Shown piece after piece: positions 23,201 through 36,700 of a stretch of DNA of 64,000 bases. Position numbers and translations under genes: made by a program. Below the pieces are notes generated by a model. It ran no database searches and was not told where the DNA came from. It was given only the letters and a program-made list of their open reading frames with translations. Within the stretch, counting starts at the first letter, position 1; every line of letters begins with the position of its first letter. Source of the stretch: Anolis carolinensis (Eukaryota); assembly GCF_035594765.1 (NCBI RefSeq), contig NC_085846.1:21563190-21627189 (forward strand). Reading direction: 5' to 3'.

Positions 23201-26200
23201 ACTGCTAGGTTGACAGAAGCTGGGGCTAACAGTGGGAGCTCACCCAGATCCCTGAACTTCTGGTCAGCTAGTTCAGCAGTTCAGCAATTTAACCTACTGT
23301 ACCACTGGGGGCTCCTTTATAACTTGATTATAACTGTGAGATAATCAAATGGTACAGTTAATCCTCTTCTCCATGATTTCTGCATCCACAGATTCAACCA
23401 TCCACAGATAGATAGATAGAGATAGATAATTTAAAAAGCCAGCCCTAATTTGACAATTTTATGGGACACCATTTTGCTCAACCACTGTATAATGGAACTT
23501 GAGCATCCACAGATCTAGATATCCATGAAGGGTCCTGGAATCAAATTCCAGCAGATACCAAGGGTAAAGTGTATATATTTAGTCTGCAACCCAACCATAC
23601 ATAGTTACTGTTTATATGCCTGGAGCTCTTAGAGTGAGTTCTTCATTCATGAAAGTTCATGCTTAAATGTGTCTGTTGGTCTTCTTCTCTTGTTCTGCCT
23701 GCAATTAAATGTTTCTGCTTTCAACGCAGTCGCCACATGATATTGGATGTGTTACCTCTAATACAGAAAAAGTTTAGGAACCACAATGTTGGTTGATCTG
23801 AGATACAGAACAAAATAATATCTTATAGCTGGTGTTTCTACTCTTGACTATTCAGAGAAAGAGTGTGTGGATATTGTTAAGATTTGTGAGCATGGAAAGG
23901 CAAGTTGTGTGTTTGGAAGTATTTGTTTTTTGATTGAGGCAATCACTTCAGGTTGTGAAATGAGCCCCTTCTTTGCCTACCTCAGGGCTACCAAAAGCCG
24001 CTATCATCACCCACCGAAAAGTGTTATCAGCAGCTAATCTATTCGGCCTGTGTGGTGTCCATCCAGATGATATCATCTACATCCCACTCCCACTGTACCA
24101 TGCATCTGCATTAAGTGGGATTGCATCATGCATCGACATTGGTATGTATAGGAAGTCTATGGGGACTGACCATACTGTAGGGGTGTGATAGGCAAGAATG
24201 GATGACGTGCGGAACCATTATGCATATAAAGGCGAATAGAGTAAAAAAAGATGTGGAAGCTATCAGAGGATGTTCAAGATGCTTTACTTACACCACATGC
24301 TCAGAAACATTTACCATCAAATTGCTCCATAAGCTACATTTCTTGAGAAATAAGAGTATGTAAACAAGGAAAATAGCCAGCCCTGGTCCCATGGCAGCTA
24401 AATTCTCTACTCCCTCAACAGAGACTAGCCAAAAGGGTCTAGGTCAGTGGTTCTCAACCTGCGGATCCCCAGATGTTTTGGCCTACAACTCCCAGAAATC
24501 CCACTCAGTTTACCAGTTGTTAGGATTTCGGGGAGTTGAAGGCCAAAACATCTGGGGACTCACGGGTTGAGAACCACTGGTCTAGGTGAACTTAAAAAAA
24601 CCCAACAATTTGTACTCACCTTGTAGCTGCTTTACTACACAAAGTTTGTTATTATTTCTTTAGAATGCAGTTCTTTTGGGTTTAATCTGCATCAGAAACC
24701 TTGCCTTTAACCCCATCATTTTCCAGAAAATCTAGATTTTCGGGCATGTGGACAATACTCCATTGTTGTGGAGTTGGGGGACAAATTAGTGGTGGATGGG
24801 ACAGGTTGATGGGAGGCCAGATGGTAACCTGATCACCCACATCAGGAAATTACTCTTTCACAGTGTTACATTTTTTAATGCTTAAGAAAATGTGTGCTTG
24901 TACTTGGATCTCAATATATCAGTATGAGTGCATGCATGCTTAAAGGAAATGTGTATATTTGCATGCATGATGGCAGGGGAAACGGAGTGGTTACGGCGAT
25001 GTGGCTAAAAATATTCACCTATATCCCCTAGTTGTTGTCTTTACGGCGGGTGGGGACGAGAGATAGGGCCTTCTCGGTGGTGGCTCCCCAGCTGTGGAAC
25101 TCCCTCCCCAGTGACATTCAGCAGGCCCCATCCCTTTTGGGGTTCAGAAAAAAACTGAAGACCTGGCTATGTACGCAGGCATTTGAAGAATAAGCATGTG
25201 TTGGCTTCGACGCGGTCTGAATTACGGCTCTTGTATAAGGTCTGGTGGATGAATGGCATAAGCACTTTGCATTGTTTTAAACTTCGTATATTGTATTTTA
25301 TGACTATTTTATGACTGTTTTAACTGTTTTAATCATTTTAGTTTATTGTATATTGGTGTAACGGCATCAATTGCCACTTGTAAGCCGCCCTGAGTCCCCT
25401 CGGGTGAGAAGGGCGGGGTATAAATAATTGAAATAAATAAAATAAATAAATTTCTTTTGGAACTGGAAAATGTTTTGGAAATTGTTGACCACATGCTTTC
25501 ACTAAGTTCACCGGGGGAAATATGTGGTTGATTATTATGATCTCTCCACAAAAATGGACCCATCCTCTTTTCTGAGTAGAGTGGTGAAAGGGAAAAACTG
25601 AAAGACACATCAGTTCCTTCTATTCTCTCTGCTGTGGTGCCATTTCTGACCCTTTTGAATGCTCGATTGGAAAAATGACAAAGGCAGTCAGGGACAGCTG
25701 CCCCCCCCCCCCCCCCCCCGAGGCATGAATAATATTTTCCTCTCCATTGAATGACTCTTGACTTTTTCCTAGGTTATATCAAAGTCCATAATTTTGACCA
25801 CAAAACCTGCCCAAGATGTATACATGAAGTTGACTTATACATAAGTATATAAGGTACCTTTAGTTGCTAAATGCAACCACGTGTATCTGCGTGCTGGAGC
25901 CCCCAAATCAAACATTTACCAGCCTTAATTATCATTAATCTCTCCATGGCTAAGCTGAAACTAAATAAATAGTCAAACAGACAAATAGACAGAAGTTGTA
26001 CAAGGCCACATTGTTTGCACATAGAACAGATTAGCTGGTCACATATCATTGATCCAAAAGAAGCCTTCACCCTCTGTGCAATGTTGTATTTTGAAGCTGC
26101 AAGCCGATACCTACTTGCCTGAGAAAATGCAGGCATAATAAGTTCAGAGTACAACAGGGCTCTATAAAGATAAAATTAATACACCTTAATGATTTCCTAT

Positions 26201-29200
26201 AGTGCTAAGAACTATAAAAACCAATAATTAGGAGACAAATCCCCCCAAAAGTAGGGCAGAATATAAATGCTGTAAATAAATAAATAAAAAAAAGTAGGAT
26301 CTGTATACAGTTCTGTCTATCTGTTGCACTGGTAGAAATGTCTAAATATTGCAATAATTTATTGTGCATTGCATTTAGAAAAGAGCATCCTTCTTTACTT
26401 AACTCATAAATACCCTCTCTGTCTTTTCTACAAGGCGCAACATGTGTCCTGACACCTAAATTTTCTGTTACAAAGTACTGGGATGACTGCAGAAAATACC
26501 GTGCCACTGTAGTCCAGTATGTAGGAGAAATTATGCGCTATGTGTGCAATGCACCAAAGGTAATCAATGAGATAGGTCAAGTATTTTGGAATAGTGTCTT
26601 GTGAAGAGTAGAACTGGATTGTCCTACAGAATCTCACACTTGAGCCCATGGAACAGATGTAAGAGCAAAGTCAGTGTGATCCTATGAAGACTGTTTGAAA
26701 TATTGTTGGGGATTTAAACTTGTGCAATCAAGTCAGGCTAGCAGTTGGACTTCTTCATGGCTTGTGTAACCAAAGTAAGATCTCTTTGTGAAGGTTGGGC
26801 AACAGTATGTGCTATTCCTGGAAACACCATTTATGGTGTTCCTAGTACAGTTGTATTTCCTCACCCACAGCTTCCAAAGAATTGTACCAGTCTAGTGCTC
26901 TCAAAAGAATTGTGAGCATAGCCGCAGATTCAAACATCGTTATGAAAGTGATTCATGTTTATATACTTCTTTCTCCCCTCCTATTCCTCTTCATGAAAAC
27001 TGATTCATAAGGACTCTGGGTTTCTGTGCTGTCCAAAGAAAGAAGATCTAGTTCCATTACTGGTAGTCATTGAAATTATGGTGTCTCCCTCAAAGATTTG
27101 CGAGAACACATCAAGAGAGGCCCTTGACACATTTGTATTGGGAGTTATTTCTATCCCACTACAATGCCCAGAAAAAGCTAATACAGCTTCTAGTGAATGA
27201 GGGGAAGGGGAAGGGAAGAGTGAATAATTGTTGATGCAACACATGTTGATCACCATGTTTTTGTAATCAGACCCTCGGATTCCCTGCCTGGTTTTCTGGA
27301 GTAGCTATTAATTTAACTATTCTATGTAGTCCAATAATTATTCTTTTGACTTGTTGCCTTGCAGAAAGACAACGACCGTGACCACAGTGTCCGACTAGCA
27401 GTAGGTAATGGCATGCGAATGGAGGTCTGGAAGGAATTCCTGGACCGCTTTGGACCCATACGTATCTATGAGCTGTATGGAGCTACTGAGGGGAATGCTG
27501 GTTTTGTTAACTACACAGGGAAAGTTGGAGCTGTGGGAAGGACCAACTTTTTAATCAAGGTAATAAGATCACACTGAAAGGTTTCAGGATTTCCATGGGG
27601 TGCTAAAGCTTTGATTAGAGAAAGAGTGGAAGATTTTTTTTGTACCGTGCACTGATTGTTGCATTGGCTATAGGGAAACATGATAAGAAGATTGTTTCTG
27701 CATCTACAGCTTAACCATATTCTGATTTTGGAAAGGATCCAGATGTGTACAAGGCTGATTGCCCAGGATTCTTCCAGTCATAAAGTGACCATTCAGTACT
27801 TTTCATAGCAAGGCTGTATTCCACAGCCAATGAGTTGACTCTTGGGCCCATGACAAAGCCATTTTATGGCTCTCCCTAGATCTTGGATAAGAATCGACTC
27901 TACTCCAGCTAGCTAGAAGATAGTTGTTTTGCTGCTCTCAATGCCATCAAGTAATTTCTAACTTAGGGTGGTTTTATGTGCAGTGGTTCTCAACCTGTGG
28001 GTCCCCAGGTGTTTTGGGCTACAACTCCTAGAAATCTCAGCCAGTTTACTAGCTGTTAGGATTTCGGGGAGTTGAAGGCCAAAACATCTTGAGATCTACA
28101 GGTTGACAACCACTAGGTTATGGGGTTTTCTTGGCAAGGTTTGTTCAGAAAGGATTTTGCCTTTGCCTTCCTCTGAGATTGAAAGAGTTTGGCTTTCCCA
28201 AGTGGCTTTTCATGGCTGATTTGAATGCTCTTCTCCAGGGGTTTAGTCTAATGCTCAAACCAGTCCACTCTCACTGGCTCATTAAGAAGCAAGTATGTAG
28301 CTAGTTCCAACATCTCTAACCCTGTCTCTTTAAGTAAATCTGAGAAATAATTACTCATTTCATCTGAATCTGGGAATAGCCCCTTTAACTGAGGTTTCTG
28401 TCTTATTTACAAAGGGGAAAATATGTTCTATCTGTATGTATCTAGTTTAATGACAAACTGTAAGAAGCTGTGGTCAGTACTGAATGCATAACATATAACA
28501 TATAAAGCCATAAACATGTAACAGACCCACACAGTATATAGAATATATAAAATACTGTATTTACAAATGGGTGCAATCCACATAACACTACAATTTATCA
28601 AATTTTAAACTACAGGAATTAATAATACTTCATGGGGACATAATTCAGTTGACCATGTACCGTACATCTATTTAGACCTCATGGGGTCATGTTGCCATTT
28701 CTCATCTGTTCTGTTTCAGAAACTGATACAGTTTGAATTTATTCAGTATGATATTGAGAAGGATGAGCCTGTGAGGGACGAGAAAGGATACTGCATCCCA
28801 GTGGCTATAGGTAAGCGTATGAAACAAGTACTTAAACACAGACTGGGATAGGGGTGTGTAGTCCTTTAAAGCTTATGCTGAATTGCACTGGTTGCTATTT
28901 GAGGTCACACAAGACTCCTTTTTGTATTGAAACAGACAGATATAACTAGCTGTCTGAAAATTATGGAAGTATATTATGGGGATTTCTGAAGTACCTTTCA
29001 TGACAGGTGCAAATGTATCTGAGGAGAATCATAGTGAAGGTTGACTTCAGTAACATTTGTTGATGCATTCGTGGAAGGCAGCCTTATGCCTGGTTCTGTG
29101 GGAAAATAGGTCTTTGCAAATTCTATTGGGCTCCCTTTTCTTTTCAAGGTAAAACTGGTTTAATGGTAACCAAGATCACTGAGAATGCCCCATTTGAAGG

Positions 29201-32200
29201 CTATGCGGGAGACGTGCAAAAGACAGAAAAGAAAATGCTTCGGGATGTCTTGAAGAAAGGAGACTGCTACTTTAATAGTGGTGATCTTCTGATGCAAGAC
29301 CACGAAGGCTTCATATATTTCCAGGACCGGGTAGGAGATACCTTCCGGTGAGTCTCAAAGCATACTCCTTAATGTGGATAGGTTCTTCTTATTGTTGAGA
29401 AGATGGTGCTGGGGTGGTGTCTGTTGAATCCTTGGGTCTTGTTGGCACCATCATGCCTATGATGCATGCACTGTACACACCAGTGGCCCATGGACCAAGT
29501 AAGGGAACATTACACACAAAACAGCAGAATAAGGCACCCCATTTTTCTCACATCAAGAGACTTCTATAGCATAGAGCAATTCTGTGCATGTTCATATGGA
29601 AATGAATCCCACTGTGTTCATCTGGGTCAACACCCATGCAAAATCTAGATGGCACATGCACAAATGTAAAAAAAAAGAAGTCAGGGAGGGAAACTATGAA
29701 TTAGGAAAACTTTGGTTTGATTCCCAGAGGGATCTGCGGGATGGCATCAGGAATCAACGCTATCAAGCCCCCGATGAGACCTGAACCTTCATTGTATTAA
29801 AAGAGAGAGTGTAGCATAGACATTTCAGAGAGTTAGACTAGGCTTAGAAGTTTCAAGTTCTAGCTAATGATCAGCCATGAAACCCATACATGGATCAGTC
29901 AGCAGGGAGCCATGTGTGCCATGCTAATACAATTAGAAAAAAGGTGGAATGTGGCTGATTTAGCTATCTGGTCAGCTAGACAGACTATTAAAAAACTCAT
30001 AAACGTTCACTTCTAATCCACTAATATTAACCCACCCTCTCATTGCAGCTGGAAAGGGGAGAATGTGGCCACTACAGAGGTTGAAGCGACCCTGGTAGAA
30101 GTTGACTTTATTCAGGAAGTTAATGTATACGGGGTACCAGTGCCAGGTGAGTCTGAAATGTGATTAAAAGCACCTTACTGATGTTTTGTTTCATATCCAG
30201 TAATATGTGATCATGGTCTACTCTTCAGAAATGTGTTGAAGCAGAGCTGGTTAGAATCCACATTTGTACCCATTTTGGGTATCTTACTATTTTTTTGCTT
30301 TTTTTGTTTTTGATTCTTTGAAATGATTTCCAGAAGCTTGTGGATGTATAAGATCATATTAGATGGGGTTAACACAAACAGGCCCAAAGTTCCTTTGTTG
30401 CCCTTTACTAAAATTTCAAAACAGGCTTCGTGTTGCCTTGAGATACTTTGTGTTAGAGCGTGAAAACATGTGCGGGGTGAGAAAATGCTACAGTTTGCCC
30501 TGACCTTTTCTATCTTCAGCAAACCTATAACCTTCATTCATGTATTTGGTCAGTGTGTTAATAGATAACATGGAGAAGCCATATACATGTATTGTCAGCC
30601 TTTCATAGTTGCTGGAGTAAGGGTCACATAAACGTGTGTGTGTGTGTGTGGGGGGGGGGGATGACATATTAAAACCTCATTTTTTACCTAAAAGAACATC
30701 TCCAGTGGCTCAGTGTGTTAAAATGCTGAGCTGCTGAACTTGAAGACAGAAAGGTCCCAGGTTCAAATCCGGGGAGTAGAGTGAGTGCCCACTGTTAGCT
30801 CCAGCTTCTGCCAACCTAGCAGTTCGAAAACATGCAAATGTGAGTAGATCAATAGGTACCGCTCCAGCGGGAAGGTAACGGCGCTCCATGCAGTCATGCC
30901 GGCCACATGACCTCGGAGGTGTCTACGGACAACACCGGCTCTTCGGCTTAGAAATGGAGATGAGCACCAACTCCCAGAGTCGGACACGATTGGACTTAAC
31001 GTCAGGGGAAACCTTTACCTTTACTAGGTCTTCCAGGATGACTTTGTGGTCAATTTCCACTGGAAGCTGACCTTAGAATTATACTGAGTGACTCAAAGAT
31101 TCCTAGAGAGGTGTTTAGAAGTTGATGATAGAGTTGAACTAAGGAGTCCAGCATTTCATAGAGATAACATTTTAAATCTCTGATAGTCAAATCTGCAAAT
31201 GTAGAGGGCTGGCTGTATATTCATGTGTGGAAACTCTTCATATGCCTGCCAAGCAGACCAGTGANNNNNNNNNNNNNNNNNNNNNNNNNNNNNNNNNNNN
31301 NNNNNNNNNNNNNNNNNNNNNNNNNNNNNNNNNNNNNNNNNNNNNNNNNNNNNNNNNNNNNNNNNNNNNNNNNNNNNNNNNNNNNNNNNNNNNNNNNNNN
31401 NNNNNNNNNNNNNNNNNNNNNNNNNNNNNNNNNNNNNNNNNNNNNNNNNNNNNNNNNNNNNNNNNNGAACATATGATCTTATCACCATATGTTCTTTCAG
31501 CATATGAGGTCATTTGAACTTCTCCTTGCTTCTTCTAATCTTCTAACACCACTGACCACTCCACAATGTTTTTGCCTCCCCAAATTGGCTGTGGAATTTC
31601 AAATGGGGGAGAAATGGAATTAATGAAGAGGTATACGCAAGAGATACAACTGGATGAAGTTTATGGTCTTATTACTATAGAACTGCAAATCACCCTCTCT
31701 CACACTTGCTCAAACATTCACTCGAGGCAGAATTTACTCCCTCATTCAATATACAAGTCCACACGCAATGCCTACTACCTTCTGCCATACATTGTAGTTG
31801 TGTGTTGTTCATCACTGCCCTAGTAGCAGCTAAAAGTGAGTGTTGTTTGTAACATCCAGCTCTTTCCCTTAACCACACTTTTCTTATTTGTTTCAGGGCA
31901 TGAAGGAAAGATTGGGATGGCTGCCATACGGCTCAAGGAAGGACTTCCCTTTGATGGAAAGAAGCTATATCTCTATTCCAAAGATTATTTACCAAATTAT
32001 GCCATACCTCGCTTTATTCGTATCCAGGTGTGGAAACTTTGTGTTGCTTTACTCCCTAATGTGGATTTGTAACTGTGCAACTTGTAAAGAAATCTCTACA
32101 GATATATGACTTTGAAGTTGCCAAAGAAAACTCTGGATGCTTGCTGATAGGAAGGGCAACTGCAGCAAGGAAAGCAATAACAATAGGACAGGCAGGCCAG

Positions 32201-33076
32201 TAATTGTCGATCTCTGAGAGGGTGATGTGATTTGAGACGTCTACCAATGACATTAACATAAAAACTCAAGTCATGGTCCAGAAACCAGTTCAATACTAAA
32301 ATAGCATGGGAAACTGGGTATTTTAGGTAGAATAATTAAAGAAGAGGCTGACAACTTCCTGGTGTGTCTCCCACCAAGTACTCCCAATTCCATTGGAGAC
32401 TCCAGGGTTGGTTCTGATGCTTCTACTTCTGCTGAAATTTGGTGGTACAAATGGAATATCACTTATATGTATTTCAGAAATACAAAATACTAAAAAAATC
32501 AAAAATTCTACCTATGGGCAGCTGAATTTTTTTTCCTGATACTCCAGTGTATACCAATTTTGTTTCATGAGCAAGAATATTGAAAATATTGCATATAACA
32601 TTCTCTTCAGGTTGTGTGTATAAGGTGTATATGGAACATAAATGGATTTCATGCTTACATCTGGGTCTCATCTCCAAGATACCTCTTTATGTACTGTATA
32701 TGCAAACATTTCGGACAAGGAATGATCAATGTGTAGCTGCCAAGGTTCATTCCAAGGGTGTGTCAAGATTACAGGACCGTGGCAGGGCATTCACCACCCT
32801 ACTTCTATACCTATCTTGCTGCTCTGTCTGTTGTTCTTGGCCTGCTGTAGCTCTGATGTGATTAAATTGACTCAAGTTCATTTCTTATGTTTCTTGCAGG
32901 ACTTCCTGGAGCTCACTGAGACATTCAAACAACGCAAAGGTCAATTGGTGAAGGAAGGATTTGACCCCACCGTCATCAATGACCCCTTGTACTTCTTAGA
33001 TGACTCAGAAAAATGTTATGTGCCCATGACTCAGGAGATTTTCAGCTCCATCACAGAGAAGAAACTGAAATTGTGA
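20259..33076 (+). CDS. SLC27A2-like: Very-long-chain acyl-CoA synthetase / FATP (SLC27A2/SLC27A5-type), copy 2, complete, 619 aa
   Basis: Exons 20259-20736 (478), 22474-22683 (210), 23986-24141 (156), 26435-26559 (125), 27365-27559 (195), 28720-28810 (91), 29149-29347 (199), 30049-30146 (98), 31897-32027 (131), 32900-33076 (177); total 1860 nt, open frame. Hydrophobic N-terminus, [35 protein letters not shown], ends -LKL. Confidence 0.96.
21518..22366 (+). mobile_element. Ty1/Copia 5' LTR (21518-22156) + PBS + truncated leader
   Basis: TGTTGGGA..TCCCAACA termini; AATAAA 21964-21969; GGTTACGGGCCCAG at 22160-22173 resembles the copia half-tRNA-iMet PBS (GGTTATGGGCCCAG). Confidence 0.82.
23015..23315 (-). 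mobile_element. Sauria SINE
   Basis: Reverse complement of the SINE body and tail. Confidence 0.85.
24445..24579. mobile_element. hAT MITE with SPIN-type TIR
   Basis: TIR CAGTGGTTCTCAACC; 8-bp TSD GTCTAGGT; related copy 27981-28115 and partial copy ~21355-21414. Confidence 0.88.
25030..25450 (+). mobile_element. L2 LINE 3' end
   Basis: agggccttctcggtggtggctccccagctgtggaactccctccc..taagccgccctgagtccc..(AAAT)n tail. Confidence 0.8.
30700..31025 (+). mobile_element. Sauria SINE
   Basis: Full head (A/B boxes), body and ACCTTT tail. Confidence 0.88.
31265..31466. other. Assembly gap
   Basis: Run of N. Confidence 1.
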
Positions 33077-34196
33077 AAAGAACTCTCATCATGTGGTGGT
33101 CTCCTCCATGTTCCAAATAAGACAGGGAACCTAGGAAGAACTGCATGTGTGACCTCTTGGTTTCTATCCCATTTTGATACTGTGAGAGAGTTTGGAATGG
33201 GTCATATAGATGTAGGTTCACTTTTTTGGCATCCATATGAGGTATTTGATTTGGCAAAAAACATATGAGAAGCAGTAAAAACAAAAATGTTCAGGAGTTG
33301 GTGGTGAAAAGGAAGAGATTAATATATATATTTTCCCAGTGTAAGTGCCATCTTTTTTTTTTTCAATACCCTGATAGATCAAAGACCAACATAGGGTAGT
33401 AGAGTGGTCAATGATGAAAAGTTAATCTTTGGATAATATAATACCCAGAATACTCTACCCAATTTTTCAAGCTCTGACTAGAGATTAACCACTTCATCAC
33501 ACAGACTTTTTTACCTGCCATAGGATGCATCCAGTACAGTTTGGGGTTGGAGCCCACTATATCCTATCAAATGGTGTAGAGCTACTCCTGGCAGGGCTCC
33601 ATCCCCAAACTGAGCTGAATGTGTCCTAAGAAAAGTAGCACACAGGAGGCTTCTTGTGTTCTCATTGCCAGCAACTGGGCAAAAGCAGGGGAAAGCTGGG
33701 CAGCCACACTTTCCCCATGTGATGAGGAAGGAATCCCTGCGGGTATTGCGAGGTGCTGGGCGACGGATTCCCCCTGCAATTGTCCACGTTAGATGACTTC
33801 CTGTGATGATGTCCTTAAAGCAATTTGACACCACTTTAACTGTGATGGCTAAATGCTATGGAATCCTGGGATTTGTAGTTTGGTGAGGCATCAGCACTCT
33901 TTGGCAGAGAAAGCTAAAGATCTTACAAACCTATAACTTTCATGATTCTATAGCATTGAGCCATGATACATAGCAGAAGATGAGAGAAACTGACAGTTTT
34001 CGATTGCTTATTTTTGAGGCCATGGATTTGAGTGTTGTGGCATGCAACTGATGAAGGACATTAAGCAAAGGGAGTGAACCTGACCTCCACAGCAACAACC
34101 ACCAAGTACATTTATGTTCATTTAATAACAAATTGAACAGTACAGAATATATTAAAATTGGCAGGTAACACATGGGATTTGATTACTAAGCTGGCA

Positions 34197-35135
34197 TTAG
34201 AGGAAGAATGGCATTTGAAGTTTGAGTATATGCTTCAGACCTTCTTTCATTTCTTTATTCCGCAGGGAAAAGATGATTGGGTTTAGTGCTGGGGTCACAA
34301 CATTGTAGAGCACAGATGCCAAGGTGTCTATCTTTACCGAATGGCAAGAGCTGGGTCGGTTGTAATTGAACATGCAGGTGCTGTAGAAGATGGTGACCAC
34401 TATGAGATGTGAGGAACAAGTGGAGAATGCTTTGTGGCGGCCCTGGGTGGTGCGGATCCTCAGAATTGCCCTCACAATGTGGCTGTAGAAAGCCATGATG
34501 CATAGAAAAGGACTAACGCCAAGCAGCAAGGTGACTACAAACAATGTGATTTGGTTCAAGAACGTGTCCTGGCAAGACAGTTTGAGAAGCTGTGGAACAT
34601 CACAGAATACATTTTCAATTTCATGAGAAGCACAGAAAGGCACCTGAGCAGTCATGGCAGTGTGTAGCATGGCATTGAGGAAGCCACAGACCCAGGAGGT
34701 TGCCACCAAACCTGTGCACAGCTTTCTGTTCATGAAGAGAACGTATGTAAGAGGGTGGCAGATAGCAACATAGCGGTCATATGCCATTACAGCCAAAAGG
34801 AGACACTCAATGCCCAGAAAGGCCACTAGGAAGTAAAGTTGGACTAGACAGCCCTGAATAGATATTGTCTTTATCTCAGTCACTAGATACTTTAGCATGT
34901 GGAGCAGCGTGACTGAAGTGTAGCAGATGTCCAGGAAAGACAGGTGTCGGATGAAGTAGTACATGGGTGAGTGTAGCCCAGAGTTCAGGGATGCTGTGGC
35001 CAAGATAAGCCCATTGCCAAGCAAAGCAGTGAGATATATCATGAGAAATATGAGAAAGAACAATAGGTGGGGCTCAGGGAAGCTGGAGAAACCCAGGAAG
35101 ACAAAAGTCACCGTTTGATTTTGGACCAGCTCCAT
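34197..35135 (-). CDS. Olfactory receptor, class II-type, intact 312 aa
   Basis: Single-exon ORF with N-glycosylation site NQT and motifs GN, LHSPMYYF, MAYDRYVAICHPLTY, FCDVP, KAFSTCSSHL, PALNPIIFSLRN; splice acceptor (ttccccatttcag) 9 nt upstream of the ATG. Confidence 0.97.
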   Translation of the reverse strand: MELVQNQTVTFVFLGFSSFPEPHLLFFLIFLMIYLTALLGNGLILATASLNSGLHSPMYYFIRHLSFLDICYTSVTLLHMLKYLVTEIKTISIQGCLVQLYFLVAFLGIECLLLAVMAYDRYVAICHPLTYVLFMNRKLCTGLVATSWVCGFLNAMLHTAMTAQVPFCASHEIENVFCDVPQLLKLSCQDTFLNQITLFVVTLLLGVSPFLCIMAFYSHIVRAILRIRTTQGRHKAFSTCSSHLIVVTIFYSTCMFNYNRPSSCHSVKIDTLASVLYNVVTPALNPIIFSLRNKEMKEGLKHILKLQMPFFL

Positions 35136-36373
35136 GTCTCATATCTGAAATGGGGAAGAGGTTTAAAGAAGGAAAAACACAAAAATAGGTCAAAATTAGG
35201 CTTCTTTAAGTCCTTGCGATCATTTTCCAACTCTACTATTCTATGATTCTATGATTCTATGATTTGTTTCCCACTTTATTTCGTATAACTTTCATGTTTG
35301 ATGTGATTTGTTGACATGACCTCTACAGTCGGGCATCCCATGGGCAACGTTTCTTGTAAATGGCTAATCTTTCCAACCCAAAAGCATTGCTTTGTAACAT
35401 TTATGCAATATTTTTGACACTAAATAAATAAATTACATAATTTCTACTATTAAATGTTTTAATGACACAGTTGTCTCTAATTTCCAACAAATACATCATC
35501 TACATTATAGGACTAAGACTATATCCATAACACATAGTATAGCTTTGCTTTACCACTTTGAGCCCCATGGCTCCAACTTCTGGGATCCTATGATTTGTAG
35601 GTTGGTGAAGTCCTTAGAATTCCACATTAGAGAGTCCTAATATGGGATTCTATGTACTTCTATATTAGGATTTCAGCAAAACCGACTACAACTTCTATGG
35701 TAAAAAAAAATCTAAGTACCTCAACTAAATTTCAGGCTTTCATAAGATGAAGCTGTGGAACTTTAAGCAGTATTATGTACCTATGCACCCCGAATCCATC
35801 ACAATTGATGTATTTGCATATTTTACTCCTGGTAATTGTATAAAGCTGCTCAGACAAATACTAAAACTTGGGCAGCTAAATAAAAAAAGAGGTATCTTGT
35901 ACTTCTAATAGTTGTGTGGACAAAGGAAATTTCAAACAGTAGGTAAAGCTTGAATGACAAATTGTAAAAGTTAGAATCCTGTGCAAAAGTTAGAACTCTG
36001 TGCAACTATCACAAATACAGGAGTGTTGTCCTTCAAAAACAACAATCAAGCAACCAACTTCTTTAGGAGGGTGAGGGCACTTCATCACTGAAGATACTTT
36101 ACACAAGGAGGTACTGAATAGCCATTTGCTAGGATTGCTGCACTTGCCATTTGTATTGCCAATCTTCCATTGATCTGGGCACTATACATGATGGAAATAG
36201 ACATTCCTAATGTATATTTCCATGCACAAAATTATGATCTGTACATGGGTAGTCTAGCCAAGAATTTATTTGGTTAAGCTGCATCTATAATGTAGCACCC
36301 CAATATGCTATTCTAGCTTATTTGGAGACAACAAACTGAAGTGGGACACTAAGAGAAGAGAGGAGAGATTGGA

Positions 36374-36700
36374 TACATGATGAGCATCCCTTATCTGGAA
36401 CTCTGAGATCCAAAATGCTCCATAACTACATAGTTGCCTAAGATATTGTTTGCTTTTTGATAGTTCATTGAACACAAACTTCATTAAATGCATGAAATTA
36501 TTAAAAAATATTGTACATGACATTACCTTCAGGTTATATACATAGAGGGTAAATGAAGCATGGCTTTAATTTGTGTAAAATATGGAACCCATTGCCAAGA
36601 TATCTCATTATGCAAACACAGGGATTCCAATATCTAAAAGAAACTAATATATCTGAAATCCGAAACATTTCTGGTCCCAAGAATTTTGGAGAAAGGTGCC
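36374..36700. mobile_element. Tigger/pogo-type MITE resembling MER46C
   Basis: gagcatcccttatctgg..caaaatgctcc..ttaccttcagg..ccaagatatctcattatg..tctggtcccaag; related copies ~32470-32720, ~55780-56390 (split by a SINE), ~60486-60800 (across the gap) and ends at 5252/7650. Confidence 0.65.

Noticed and set aside
31156-31517. ORFs spanning N runs (also 60484-60886)
   Set aside because: Assembly gaps.
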